Origin: Bacteriovoracaceae bacterium
GTDB taxonomy: Bacteria > Bdellovibrionota > UBA2394
Length of the DNA stretch: 64,000 nucleotides
Reading direction: 5' to 3'
Assembly (NCBI GenBank): GCA_028287765.1
Contig: JAQBPA010000117.1
Location: forward strand, 40,483 to 104,482
A program made the position numbers and the translations under genes. Positions within the stretch are counted from its first letter, which is position 1; every line of letters begins with the position of its first letter. Below the pieces are notes generated by a model that had not been told where the DNA came from, ran no database searches, and worked only from the letters and a program-made list of their open reading frames with translations. Positions 38,354 to 48,200 of the stretch are shown piece by piece.

Positions 38354-38878
38354 ATGGAAGACGTTCTCAAGCATCAATGTCCTCAATCGCTAGATGTCCA
38401 TTGGATTGATCATTCATTATTGTTTGGTGCCAAGATTGCGCCAGAATATTTTTCACATCTTTATCAATGTCTCCAAATTAGATTAGTCGTGGACTTAAGA
38501 TCTGAAGATAAGGACGATAAAATTTTATTATCACGCCTCGGTATAAAATTCCTTCATCTTCCAACCGCAGATAGAACTTCCCCTTCAACGGATGATTTCT
38601 ATACAGGCGTTTATGAAATTAAGAAGTCGCTCGCAGCTAACGAGAAAGTTTTTATACATTGTGAATATGGCATTGGCCGCAGTGCTATTCTGGCTTGTGG
38701 TGTTCTTGTGTCTTTGGGAAAAACTCCTCTCGCGGCATTGAACTCGGTGAAGCTTTGCCGCGAAAAAGTCTCGCCAAGTCCCGAACAGCTCTATGGATTT
38801 ATCGAGTGGAGCCTAAGCTGGTACAAAAACTTACGTAGCTCCAATCAAATACACTATTCTGCCGCTTCCAATTTATAA
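38354..38878 (+). CDS. Protein tyrosine/dual-specificity phosphatase
   Basis: The CX5R P-loop is 'VFIHCEYGIGRSAILAC'. Confidence 0.7.
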   Translation: MEDVLKHQCPQSLDVHWIDHSLLFGAKIAPEYFSHLYQCLQIRLVVDLRSEDKDDKILLSRLGIKFLHLPTADRTSPSTDDFYTGVYEIKKSLAANEKVFIHCEYGIGRSAILACGVLVSLGKTPLAALNSVKLCREKVSPSPEQLYGFIEWSLSWYKNLRSSNQIHYSAASNL

Positions 38879-38886
38879 GTGATTAA

Positions 38887-40644
38887 ATGGAATTTTATCG
38901 TGATTATCTTCGCGAAACAGTCACTTCAGACGAAATACAACGATTGGAATCTGAATTCCGGAAGAAAAATCTAAAAAATTTTGAACCAAACATTCACTCT
39001 CATTTATCTCGTCTGCTGATCGAAACAGGCGAACTCTCTCAAGGGCTTCTCGACGACGAGTTTAAAAAAAAGGGTGCAGATGATTGGACAGTAAAAACGG
39101 CGTTATGCTCGAAGCTGACACTCGAAGCCGCTAAGCTTTTTACAAAATCTTATCACTTCTTAGAAAACCCTCGCACAAACGATGACCCTAAGATCGATTC
39201 AAGCAAAATTCTCAAACTCTTTCGCAAACTCAGTACATTTAATCTGCCTTCTCGACTCAAAATAAAAATACCAGAAGGTTATTCCTATTATTCTCTCTAT
39301 CCTGAACAGTATCTTCTCGCCGCAAAAAAACTTCGTGAACGAAGCCGTTCGTCATTTGTTGTAATCGGAATTCGAAGCATAGGCACCAGTCTCGCGAGCC
39401 TGGTCGCAGCCGTATTAGATTCTCAATACTTACCATTTTCTTTTCGACCGATCGGCGAGCCCTTTGATCGAAAACTAAAAACTGAAAAACGTTTACTGGC
39501 CCTCATGCAAGAAAGCGCTAAATCATCAGACTTCGCCGTGGTCGACGAGGGGCCTGGGATTTCGGGAAGTAGCTTTGGCGCGGTTGTGAGTTGGCTTACT
39601 GAAAAGCTAAAGATTGATGTAAAAAGAATTCATCTTTTTCCAAGTCACGATGCAGACCCAGCATTTTTTTTAAACCAGAAACATAAAAAAAAATGGAAAG
39701 CGACCTCACACTATGTCTATTCGTTTGAAGATCTCGTAAGAACATCTTTTCAAAAATATATTTTTCCAAAGCAATCTTCTTGCGAGGAATTAAGCGCGGG
39801 CAACTGGCGTTCGCTTCTTTTTAAAAAAAAGAATCAGTGGCCACCTTCAAATCCCTTTCAGGAACGCAGAAAATATTTAATATCGGTCGGGAAAAATAAT
39901 CTTGTCGCAAAATTCGTCGGCCTCGGGCGTCTCGGTGAAGAGGCATTCAAAAGGGCTAAAATTCTCGAATCCGACGGACTAGCTCCTCCGGTTCATTCCT
40001 ATTCTTATGGATATCTCACACAAAATTGGCTTTCTGCGGCTTCTCCATTATCCGCTGCGTCTGAGGTGGATCGCGATTTACTTCTTCAAACCTTAGGACG
40101 ATATATTCAAAAAACTAAAACGTTCCGAGCGAAAGAGCTCTCTGGAACAAGCGTTCAAGAGCTTTATAAAATGAGCCATCAACTGATCAAGTCAGAGCTC
40201 AATATTTCGACATTTGGCCGCTGGGCTAAATTTCTTCCCGCGATCTTAGCTGAACAAAAAAAAGTAAAGACCGACAATAAAATGCAAAATTGGGAATGGC
40301 TAATTTTACCTTCTGGCAAAATTTTAAAAACGGATGGCCTCGATCATTACAGATCGCATGAAGGTATAGGAGCGCAGGACATCGAATGGGATATCGCCGG
40401 TGCCATCGTTGAGCTGAATCTAAATGAGAGCGAAGAGACAAAGCTTGATCGCTTGCTCGGAATTTCTCAAAGGAACAAAGAGAGTCTCTCTGTTCGAAAT
40501 TTTTACCGAGAGACTTACCTCGCCATTCAATTGGGCATCTGCCTTTCTTCTGCCTCTAAACTCGCAGCTACTTACCCTTTAGAAGCTCAGAGATTTCGAG
40601 CGCTCGCCCGCCAATATTCTGAGAAGCTTCTACTCTGCTTTTAG
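38887..40644 (+). CDS. Hypothetical fusion protein with a PRTase-like N-terminal region and a kinase-like (APH/CotS-type) C-terminal region. The assignment is tentative.
   Basis: The 'VVIGIRSIGTSLASLVAAVL' and 'FAVVDEGPGISGSSFGAVV' segments resemble the PRTase hhhhDD...TG.T loop. 'SHEGIGAQDIEWDIAGAIVEL' and 'VAKFVGLGRLGEEAFKRAKIL' are reminiscent of phosphotransferase-family motifs. It lies 8 nt downstream of the phosphatase. Confidence 0.35.
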   Translation: MEFYRDYLRETVTSDEIQRLESEFRKKNLKNFEPNIHSHLSRLLIETGELSQGLLDDEFKKKGADDWTVKTALCSKLTLEAAKLFTKSYHFLENPRTNDDPKIDSSKILKLFRKLSTFNLPSRLKIKIPEGYSYYSLYPEQYLLAAKKLRERSRSSFVVIGIRSIGTSLASLVAAVLDSQYLPFSFRPIGEPFDRKLKTEKRLLALMQESAKSSDFAVVDEGPGISGSSFGAVVSWLTEKLKIDVKRIHLFPSHDADPAFFLNQKHKKKWKATSHYVYSFEDLVRTSFQKYIFPKQSSCEELSAGNWRSLLFKKKNQWPPSNPFQERRKYLISVGKNNLVAKFVGLGRLGEEAFKRAKILESDGLAPPVHSYSYGYLTQNWLSAASPLSAASEVDRDLLLQTLGRYIQKTKTFRAKELSGTSVQELYKMSHQLIKSELNISTFGRWAKFLPAILAEQKKVKTDNKMQNWEWLILPSGKILKTDGLDHYRSHEGIGAQDIEWDIAGAIVELNLNESEETKLDRLLGISQRNKESLSVRNFYRETYLAIQLGICLSSASKLAATYPLEAQRFRALARQYSEKLLLCF

Positions 40645-40737
40645 TGATCACCCACTAGAAATTTTATTTTTTTGTATTATTATTAGGAACGAACCCCTTC
40701 AGGGTTTTTAGAATAACATGAGCTAAGGAAGAAAAAT

Positions 40738-42588
40738 TTGCGTTTTTATTATCGAGCCTTGTCGTATTTTCGACAAGATTCTGGTCTGATCATTCTACTA
40801 TTAATTTTGACCGCTCTTATAACGGCCTCGGGGCTTCTTATTGCCTGGCCTCTGGCGATCTTGGTCGACTCTGTTTTGGCTCCGGTTCCAAAGAGCGATT
40901 GGATCCACCGAGTTTTTTTGGCTTTGCTTCCCGAAAATAATAAAATGATGCAGATCATCGGCCTCGCATTGATGGGCCTCCTTCTCAAGTTTGCCCAAGA
41001 TATTTTTACAAGCATTCGAACCCTCGTGAATAATGAAATCAATTATAACGGACTACTGAGAGTTCGCTGCGATCTCTTTAAAAAATTGCAATCGCTCTCA
41101 CTCGGCTATCACAACTCGCAACCAGAGGGAGATTCCATTTTTAGACTGAGTACTGACACCTACGGCTGCCAAGCGATTCTCTCGGTGGTCGTCTCAACTC
41201 TCGTCGCCTGTTTAACCTTGATTGCCATGATTTGCATTTTACTTTCGCGAAGCACTCCGCTCACTCTTCTCGCTTTAGCCGTGGTCCCGCCTCTCTTTTT
41301 TGCAAATGTATGGTTTGAAAAAAGACTGAAACGAAAATCCACACGAGCCAAACAAGTCGACTCTGAATTTATGACCAAAGTTCAAAGATCGATTTCTTCG
41401 ATGGGCCTCATCCAGGCGTTTGGACAGGAAAAGCAAGATTTTGAGCACTTTCATAAAACGGCCACCAATAATTTAAAAGCTTGGTGGCATCTCAATCGAG
41501 AAGAAGTTCTCTATACACTAACTGTGGGGGTTATTTTTGGTTTCGGTGCTGCAATCATTTTTGGTTACGGAGGCTACCTTGTTTATCAAAATCAGTTTGT
41601 TTCTCCTCATACCGGCGGACTGACAATCGGCGATCTTATGATTTTTCTTTCGTACCTTACACTTCTCTGGGATCCGATTTGTAAACTCACGGGTGCAAGC
41701 ACAAGCATGCATAGCGGACGCGCGGGATGTGAACGTGTTTTCGAAGTTCTCGATCGTGATTCGGCCATCGTTGATTCTCCAAATGCTGTCAGCCTTGCTC
41801 AAATGCCGAGGACACTTAAGCTGAATGAACTCAGTTTTGGTTACCAGAGTAACCGGCCGATTTTGAAAGATTTAAATCTCGAAATAAAGCCTGGAGAAAT
41901 GGTGGCCTTCGTTGGATCGAGCGGCGTAGGAAAAAGTACTCTCATTAATTTACTGCCTCGATTCTACGATCCGACCTCTGGCTCCATTCACTTAGACGGC
42001 CACGATATGCGTGATATTAAAATTGCAGATCTTCGGCGGCATATTGCCTTAGTGCTTCAAGAAAATATTATTCTTCCGGCGAGTATTGCGGAGAATATCG
42101 CTTACGGTAGACCGTCCGCATCGCTGGATGAAATTAAAAACGCTGCCGTACTTGCCGGCGCTGCCGATTTTATCGAGACGCTTCCCCATGGATACTTCAC
42201 TCAAATTACCGAAAGGGGCCATAATCTCTCAGGCGGCCAGAAGCAAAGAATTTCAATTGCACGCGCTCTTCTCACCGAAGCTCCGATTATTATTTTGGAC
42301 GAGCCGACGAGTGCTCTCGATCCGCATCACGAGTCGGTCATCACTGAAACGCTTCATGCGCTTAAGGGTAAGCGAACCATCATTGTCGTGAGCCATCGGC
42401 TAAGTACTATTCTCGATGCTGATAAAATCTATATGATGATGGGCGGAAAAATAATCGAAAGCGGAACTCATGACGAACTTCTTTCTCAGCGAGGATTTTA
42501 TTATGCGATGGCCCGCCATCAATTAAAACTCGACGAAGGAATTTTTGAATTCCCAAATTCCTCATCTCCCTCGATCTCGAACGCTTAA
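40738..42588 (+). CDS. ABC exporter with fused permease and ATPase (MsbA/PglK-like)
   Basis: Six N-terminal TM segments are followed by Walker A 'GSSGVGKSTLINLL', the signature 'LSGGQKQRISIARAL' and Walker B 'IIILDEPTSALD'. Confidence 0.9.
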   Translation: MRFYYRALSYFRQDSGLIILLLILTALITASGLLIAWPLAILVDSVLAPVPKSDWIHRVFLALLPENNKMMQIIGLALMGLLLKFAQDIFTSIRTLVNNEINYNGLLRVRCDLFKKLQSLSLGYHNSQPEGDSIFRLSTDTYGCQAILSVVVSTLVACLTLIAMICILLSRSTPLTLLALAVVPPLFFANVWFEKRLKRKSTRAKQVDSEFMTKVQRSISSMGLIQAFGQEKQDFEHFHKTATNNLKAWWHLNREEVLYTLTVGVIFGFGAAIIFGYGGYLVYQNQFVSPHTGGLTIGDLMIFLSYLTLLWDPICKLTGASTSMHSGRAGCERVFEVLDRDSAIVDSPNAVSLAQMPRTLKLNELSFGYQSNRPILKDLNLEIKPGEMVAFVGSSGVGKSTLINLLPRFYDPTSGSIHLDGHDMRDIKIADLRRHIALVLQENIILPASIAENIAYGRPSASLDEIKNAAVLAGAADFIETLPHGYFTQITERGHNLSGGQKQRISIARALLTEAPIIILDEPTSALDPHHESVITETLHALKGKRTIIVVSHRLSTILDADKIYMMMGGKIIESGTHDELLSQRGFYYAMARHQLKLDEGIFEFPNSSSPSISNA

Positions 42589-42723
42589 TTCAATTCAACT
42601 ACTCTACTCTACTCCATTTTTATTCCGCCTCCTCTCGTCGGCTAACCAAAGTCTCACTGTCTAAGGTAAGTAGGCTGAAACAGCCGGGTGTGGGAAAAAC
42701 GGAAACACGAAAGGACGTAGCAA

Positions 42724-43845
42724 ATGAAAGAACGCATTTTGATCACCGGAGGAGCTGGATTTATCGGCTCGCATCTCGCGAAAAAACTTACGGCGTCTGG
42801 CTACTCTGTCCGAGTTTTAGATCTGTTCACACCTCAAGTTCACGGAAACGACGGCTTTCAAAAATCTCTACCATCCTTCAGTCGAGATATAGAAGTGATG
42901 CATGGTGATGTGAGATCTCCAAAAGATATTCGCTCGGCACTTCATCATATGGATGTGGTCTATCATTTAGCGGCTTCCGTCGGTGTCGGTCAGAGCATGT
43001 ACGAAGTGCATTCCTATACAAGCCACAATAATTTAGGAACCGCCAACCTTCTTCAGCAGTTGATTGCTCGCCCCATTCAAAAATTGATTGTGGCTTCCAG
43101 TATGAGCCTCTACGGAGAAGGAAGTTATGTGAGTTCGGATGGAAAAATTCACCATTCGATCCGTCGAAATTTTGCGGAAGTTAAACAGAGAAAATGGGAG
43201 CCTCAATTAGAAGATGGTGAGCCATTAGTTCCCATCATGACGCCGGAATCTAAAGCACCCGACCTATCCTCCATTTATGCTCTTTCAAAATACGACCAAG
43301 AGCGAATGTGTCATACCATTGGCCAAGCTTATAACATTCCAACCGTTTCGCTCCGATTTTTTAATGTTTACGGTCGCGGACAATCTCTTTCGAATCCTTA
43401 CACCGGCGTTATGGCCATTTTTGCTTCGCGACTTCTGAATGGAAGTACACCCACCATTTTTGAGGACGGAAATCAAATGCGAGATTTCGTCCATGTCTCC
43501 GATGTAGTTGAGGCTTGCCAGCTGGCTCTCGAAATTCCCGAAGCGGCCGGAGAAGTTTTTAATATCGGAAGCGGCTCGCACTTTCGAATTCAAGAAATTG
43601 CTCGAGCCATGGCCAAAATGATCGGTGTTTCTCTCGAGCCCGAAATTACAGAGCACTACCGCGTGGGCGATATCCGCCACTGTTTTGCGGACATCTCGAA
43701 AGCAAAGCGCCTGCTTGGCTACAGGCCAAAAGTAAATTTAACAGAAGGACTAGCTGATTTAACTCAGTGGCTCGCGGAACAAACCGCGATCGATCATACA
43801 AAAAGAGCGAGGCACGAACTCTATTCTCGAGGGTTAGCCCTATGA
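42724..43845 (+). CDS. NAD-dependent epimerase/dehydratase (extended SDR, nucleotide-sugar modifying)
   Basis: The Rossmann motif is 'ILITGGAGFIGSHLAKKL' and the YxxxK motif is 'YALSKYDQE'. Confidence 0.8.
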   Translation: MKERILITGGAGFIGSHLAKKLTASGYSVRVLDLFTPQVHGNDGFQKSLPSFSRDIEVMHGDVRSPKDIRSALHHMDVVYHLAASVGVGQSMYEVHSYTSHNNLGTANLLQQLIARPIQKLIVASSMSLYGEGSYVSSDGKIHHSIRRNFAEVKQRKWEPQLEDGEPLVPIMTPESKAPDLSSIYALSKYDQERMCHTIGQAYNIPTVSLRFFNVYGRGQSLSNPYTGVMAIFASRLLNGSTPTIFEDGNQMRDFVHVSDVVEACQLALEIPEAAGEVFNIGSGSHFRIQEIARAMAKMIGVSLEPEITEHYRVGDIRHCFADISKAKRLLGYRPKVNLTEGLADLTQWLAEQTAIDHTKRARHELYSRGLAL

Positions 43846-44909
43846 CACCTTACACACTCATCACCGGAGGCGCGGGATTCATCGGAACCAATCTTGCCGA
43901 TCGACTCGCCTCCTCCGGTGAAAATGTTTTAATTCTCGACAATCTTTCTCGGCAAGGCGTGAAGGCCAATTTGATTTGGCTGCTTCAGAATCATCAAAAA
44001 AAAATTAAGTTTGTTCAAAGGGATATACGTAGTTCGGAACGTCTGGATGAATTAGTGAGTGATGCAAGTAGTGTCTTTCATCTCGCTGCACAGGTGGCGG
44101 TCACTTCCAGTCTCTCTGACCCCATCACGGATTTTGAGATCAATACTTACGGCACACTTCGCTTACTTGAAGCACTTCGAAAATTAAAAAATCCGCCCCC
44201 TCTCATCTATACATCCACCAATAAAGTTTATGGCAATTTAAATGACGTCACACTGCAAGAAACCAAAACAAGATATGAACCCATCGAGAGTGAAATCAAA
44301 AATTACGGAATTGATGAATCAAGAAGATTAGAATTCAGCAGTCCTTATGGTTGTTCTAAGGGCGCTGCCGATCAGTACGTTCTTGATTATTCGAAAACTT
44401 TCGGAATGCCGGCCGTCGTCTTTCGAATGAGCTGTATCTATGGTCCTCATCAATGGGGAAATGAGGATCAAGGATGGATTGCCCATTTTGTAAAACAGAT
44501 GCTCGAAGAAACTCCCCTTACACTTTATGGCAATGGCAAACAGGTTCGCGACACACTTTTCATTGATGATCTGATTGATGCTTTTTTATTAGTGAGAGAG
44601 CAAATTCAAGAACTGAAAACTCAGGCCTTTAATATCGGCGGCGGCCCACAAAATACGACGAGCCTTCTTGAACTTCTCCGGCTTCTTTCAGAAAAAAGCC
44701 AGCACCCCATTGATCTTCGCTACGAAAACTGGAGAACTTCAGATCAGCGTTATTATGTTTCGGACGTTCGTAAATTCATGAGCTCGACTGGATGGTTCCC
44801 TCGGGTAAATCTCGATGAAGGCATAAATCACCTCATTCATTGGATGGGTGATCTAAAAAATATAAAACCTCAAAAAGATTCTCAACAAATTTACGAGGCA
44901 TTCGCTTAA
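43842..44909 (+). CDS. NAD-dependent epimerase/dehydratase (extended SDR)
   Basis: The likely start is MTPYTLITGGAGFIGTNL, an ATGA overlap with the upstream gene, rather than the track start at 43767. The catalytic motif is 'YGCSKGAADQY'. Confidence 0.8.
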   Translation: MTPYTLITGGAGFIGTNLADRLASSGENVLILDNLSRQGVKANLIWLLQNHQKKIKFVQRDIRSSERLDELVSDASSVFHLAAQVAVTSSLSDPITDFEINTYGTLRLLEALRKLKNPPPLIYTSTNKVYGNLNDVTLQETKTRYEPIESEIKNYGIDESRRLEFSSPYGCSKGAADQYVLDYSKTFGMPAVVFRMSCIYGPHQWGNEDQGWIAHFVKQMLEETPLTLYGNGKQVRDTLFIDDLIDAFLLVREQIQELKTQAFNIGGGPQNTTSLLELLRLLSEKSQHPIDLRYENWRTSDQRYYVSDVRKFMSSTGWFPRVNLDEGINHLIHWMGDLKNIKPQKDSQQIYEAFA

Positions 44910-44911
44910 TT

Positions 44912-46039
44912 ATGGAACAAAACATTCGACGTATTCTGATGACAGCGGATATTTTTGGAGGCGTTTGGACGTATACACTCGATCTTGCCAGGGAATTTCA
45001 AAAATTAAATATTCATGTCGGAATCGCAGCTCTAGGAGGAACCCTCGATCGAGAACAACGGCGAGAAGTTTTTTCGATTCCCGATATTGACGTATTCGAA
45101 AGCCGATTTCCGCTTGAATGGATGAATGAGCCATGGTCCGCGCTCGAAGCAGGCAGAGAATGGATTTCTAAACTCGAAGAAAATTTTGCTCCCGATATTA
45201 TTCACCTAAATAGCTTCTGTCATCGCCCCGTAGATCCTGGCTGCCTGCAAGTTATCGTGGCGCACTCTGATGTATTTTCCTGGTACAGCGCCGTTTTGAA
45301 CAAAAAGCCGCCGCCAAAGTGGAATCGTTATTACGAAGAAGTTCAAAAAAGTCTGAATGCTGTGGATCTCGTCATTGCTCCAAGTAAGGCGGCTCTTCGT
45401 GATCTCGAAAATCAATTCGGCCCGCTTCCAAATGAAAAACTTTCTATTCCAAATGGATGCCGCGAAATTGAAGAAATAAATGTGTTGAAAAAAAATAGAA
45501 TTTTAAGTGTAGGTAGACTTTGGGACGAAGCGAAAAATATTTCGGCTCTCGACAAAATAGCTGAACAAATTCCTTGGCCGATTCTTGTGGCCGGAAGTGC
45601 TGAGAGCCCGATGGGTGAGGAGGTGATCCTAAATCATGTTTTTCAACTCGGGCATCTTCCTAAAGATCAACTCCACTATGAATTAGCTCGCGCCAGCATT
45701 TATGTTGCGCCAGCAAAATATGAACCTTTTGGTTTAGGAATTCTTGAGGCTGCACTGAATGGTTGTGCACTGGTCTTGGGAGATATACCAAGCCTTAGAG
45801 AAAATTGGGATGGTGCTTGTGTCTTTGTAGATTCAAATCGTCCTGAAGAAATAAAACATGCACTTCTCGATTTCATTTCAGATCCTGCGAAAAGAAAAAA
45901 GTTTGCTTCGCTCTCTCAATCACGTGCTCAAGAGTTTACGAGCAAAAAAATGGCGGGGAGTTACCTGGATGCTTACGGTTCCCTTCTTAAGAAGTACGGG
46001 CGAGCGTCCGTCTCTCGGGAGGCTGCGTGCGCGTTTTAA
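44912..46039 (+). CDS. Glycosyltransferase family 4 (GT-B, group 1)
   Basis: The C-terminal motif is 'EPFGLGILEAALNGCALVLGDIPSLRE'. Confidence 0.75.
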   Translation: MEQNIRRILMTADIFGGVWTYTLDLAREFQKLNIHVGIAALGGTLDREQRREVFSIPDIDVFESRFPLEWMNEPWSALEAGREWISKLEENFAPDIIHLNSFCHRPVDPGCLQVIVAHSDVFSWYSAVLNKKPPPKWNRYYEEVQKSLNAVDLVIAPSKAALRDLENQFGPLPNEKLSIPNGCREIEEINVLKKNRILSVGRLWDEAKNISALDKIAEQIPWPILVAGSAESPMGEEVILNHVFQLGHLPKDQLHYELARASIYVAPAKYEPFGLGILEAALNGCALVLGDIPSLRENWDGACVFVDSNRPEEIKHALLDFISDPAKRKKFASLSQSRAQEFTSKKMAGSYLDAYGSLLKKYGRASVSREAACAF

Positions 46040-47139
46040 TGTTCTATCATTCACTCGTCTCGGATTGGAACCACGGCAACGCTCATTTTTTAAGGGGAAT
46101 TGCGAGTGAGCTGATCTCTCGTGGCCACGCGGTCTGTATCTACGAACCAGAAAATTCTTGGAGTCGACAAAATCTGATCGAGCGTGAGGGTCAGAGTTCT
46201 ATTGAGGCGTTTCATTCGAGTTATCCTTTTTTAAGGTCAACGGTTTACGATATTGACTCCTTTGATTTTGATACAGCTCTCGACGGAGCGGATCTCGTGC
46301 TCGTTCACGAATGGAATTCTCCCGAGCTCATTCAAAAATTGGGAGATCTACGTTCTGAAAGAAATGATTTTGTACTTTTTTTTCATGACACTCATCACAG
46401 ACTCTCGATGACGCCCTTTGAAATGGCCGGCGTCATCCTTCGAAACTATGACGGAGTACTTGCCTTCGGAAAAGTCATCTCCGATTTTTACCGTGATCGA
46501 CAGAATATCGAGAATGTTTGGACTTGGCATGAGGCCGCTGACACACGAATTTTTTATCCAAGGAAATCGGAAACCACTGGCGATCTCGTTTGGATTGGAA
46601 ACTGGGGAGACGGTGAACGAACTCAAGAATTAGAAAACTTTCTCTTTAAGCCGATAGAATATTTAGGACTCGAAGCTTCCATCTACGGCGTTCGATACCC
46701 AGAGGAAGCAAAAAAGCGACTGGCAGAAGCAAATATCTTTTATGGCGGCTGGATTGCAAATTACCGGGCGCCCGAAATTTATTCGCAATATTTATTCACG
46801 GTTCATATTCCGCGCCGTCATTATGTAGAAAGTCTTCCTGGCATTCCGACGATTCGAGTTTTTGAAGCCCTCGCGTGTGGAATTCCTCTTCTCTCCACTT
46901 TTTGGGAAGATGAAGAAGAACTTTTTACGGCCGGAAAAGATTTTTTAATCGCCAAAAATGAATTTGAAGTTCGAAAATGGATGAAAGCTCTTTCGAATGA
47001 ACCAGCTTTAAGAGCGGAGCTTTCTACCCACGGGCGACAAACTATTTTAAAAAGACATACATGTCGACATCGAGTGGATGAGCTCCTCTATATATATCAT
47101 TCGTATAAGTCGAGGGAGGTTCGATGCATCCCCGCCTAA
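46027..47139 (+). CDS. CgeB-like glycosyltransferase (DUF3880 + Glyco_trans_1_2-like), paralog 1
   Basis: The N-terminal motif is 'FYHSLVSDWNHGNAHFLRGIASEL' and the C-terminal motif is 'RVFEALACGIPLLS'. Confidence 0.55.
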   Translation: MRVLMFYHSLVSDWNHGNAHFLRGIASELISRGHAVCIYEPENSWSRQNLIEREGQSSIEAFHSSYPFLRSTVYDIDSFDFDTALDGADLVLVHEWNSPELIQKLGDLRSERNDFVLFFHDTHHRLSMTPFEMAGVILRNYDGVLAFGKVISDFYRDRQNIENVWTWHEAADTRIFYPRKSETTGDLVWIGNWGDGERTQELENFLFKPIEYLGLEASIYGVRYPEEAKKRLAEANIFYGGWIANYRAPEIYSQYLFTVHIPRRHYVESLPGIPTIRVFEALACGIPLLSTFWEDEEELFTAGKDFLIAKNEFEVRKWMKALSNEPALRAELSTHGRQTILKRHTCRHRVDELLYIYHSYKSREVRCIPA

Positions 47140-48200
47140 AATGGTCGTTCTTCGGATCGAGTCTCGTTTCCGCTTACTGGAATGGAGCAGCCACTTATTA
47201 CCGAGGAATGATTCGCGAACTTTCGAAACTTGGTCATGATATCACTTTTTATGAACCCAATGCTTACGATCGACAAAAAAATCGAGATATTTCAGATCCG
47301 TCTTGGGCAGAAGTAGAAGTTTACGAGCCCAATTTTGATTCGCTTTATCAGATGTTAGAGAAAGCGAAAGGATCTGACGTGATTGTAAAAGCAAGTGGCG
47401 TTGGCGTTTTTGATGAGGAACTCGAAAAATCGATTATCGAGCAGAAGCACTCAAGCAGCACTTCTATTTTTTGGGACGTCGATGCACCGGCGACACTCGA
47501 TCGACTTACGGAAAATTTAGAAGATCCTTTTCATTCTTTAATTCCGCAATTTGATTTTATTTTTACCTACGGCGGAGGCCCTCCAGTCGTAAAAAAATAT
47601 AGCAGCTTTGGGGCGCGCGAATGCACTCCGATTTATAACGCTCTTGATCCCCAAACTCATTTTCCAGTTTTTCCCGAGACTCGATTCTCTGGTACTATTG
47701 GATTTCTAGGAAATCGCTTACCAGACCGTGAAGAACGCGTAGAAAATTTATTTTTTGAATCAGCTCGCCGACTCTCTGATAAAGATTTTGTGCTCGGAGG
47801 AAGCGGATGGGCCGACAAATCGATTCCAGAAAATCTCCGTTATTTGGGTCACGTTTATACACACGAACATAATGCTTTTAATTCTTCTCTACTCTCGGTG
47901 CTTAATATTTCGCGAGATTCAATGGCCCGATACGGTTTTTCTCCCGCAACTCGAATCTTTGAGGCCGCCGGAGCTGGCGCTTGTATTCTCACAGATTCTT
48001 GGGATGGAATCGAAAATTTTCTAGAGCCAGGAAGAGAAATTCTCGTTGTTAAAAATGCGGGCGAGATTGTGGAGATTCTCGACAGTTTATCCACAGCAAA
48101 GGCAAAAAAAATAGGCGAAGCGGCTTTCAAGAGAATCAACAGTGAACATACTTATTCAAAACGCGCAAAAGAAGTGGATTCGATTTTGAGGAATACTTGA
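47124..48200 (+). CDS. CgeB-like glycosyltransferase, paralog 2
   Basis: The N-terminal motif is 'FFGSSLVSAYWNGAATYYRGMIREL' and the C-terminal motif is 'RIFEAAGAGACILTDSWDG'. Confidence 0.6.
   Translation: MHPRLKWSFFGSSLVSAYWNGAATYYRGMIRELSKLGHDITFYEPNAYDRQKNRDISDPSWAEVEVYEPNFDSLYQMLEKAKGSDVIVKASGVGVFDEELEKSIIEQKHSSSTSIFWDVDAPATLDRLTENLEDPFHSLIPQFDFIFTYGGGPPVVKKYSSFGARECTPIYNALDPQTHFPVFPETRFSGTIGFLGNRLPDREERVENLFFESARRLSDKDFVLGGSGWADKSIPENLRYLGHVYTHEHNAFNSSLLSVLNISRDSMARYGFSPATRIFEAAGAGACILTDSWDGIENFLEPGREILVVKNAGEIVEILDSLSTAKAKKIGEAAFKRINSEHTYSKRAKEVDSILRNT

Noticed and set aside
40636-40680. A possible terminator after the PRTase/kinase-like gene (TAGTGATCACCCACTAG followed by a T-run)
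   Set aside because: The stem is only ~5 bp and AT-rich, and GTGATCAC is itself a simple palindrome. It is too weak to call as a feature with confidence.
43767-43841. N-terminal extension of the second epimerase ORF overlapping the first epimerase gene
   Set aside because: The Rossmann motif begins right after the Met at 43842, which gives a typical ATGA overlap. A 79-nt out-of-frame overlap is unlikely.
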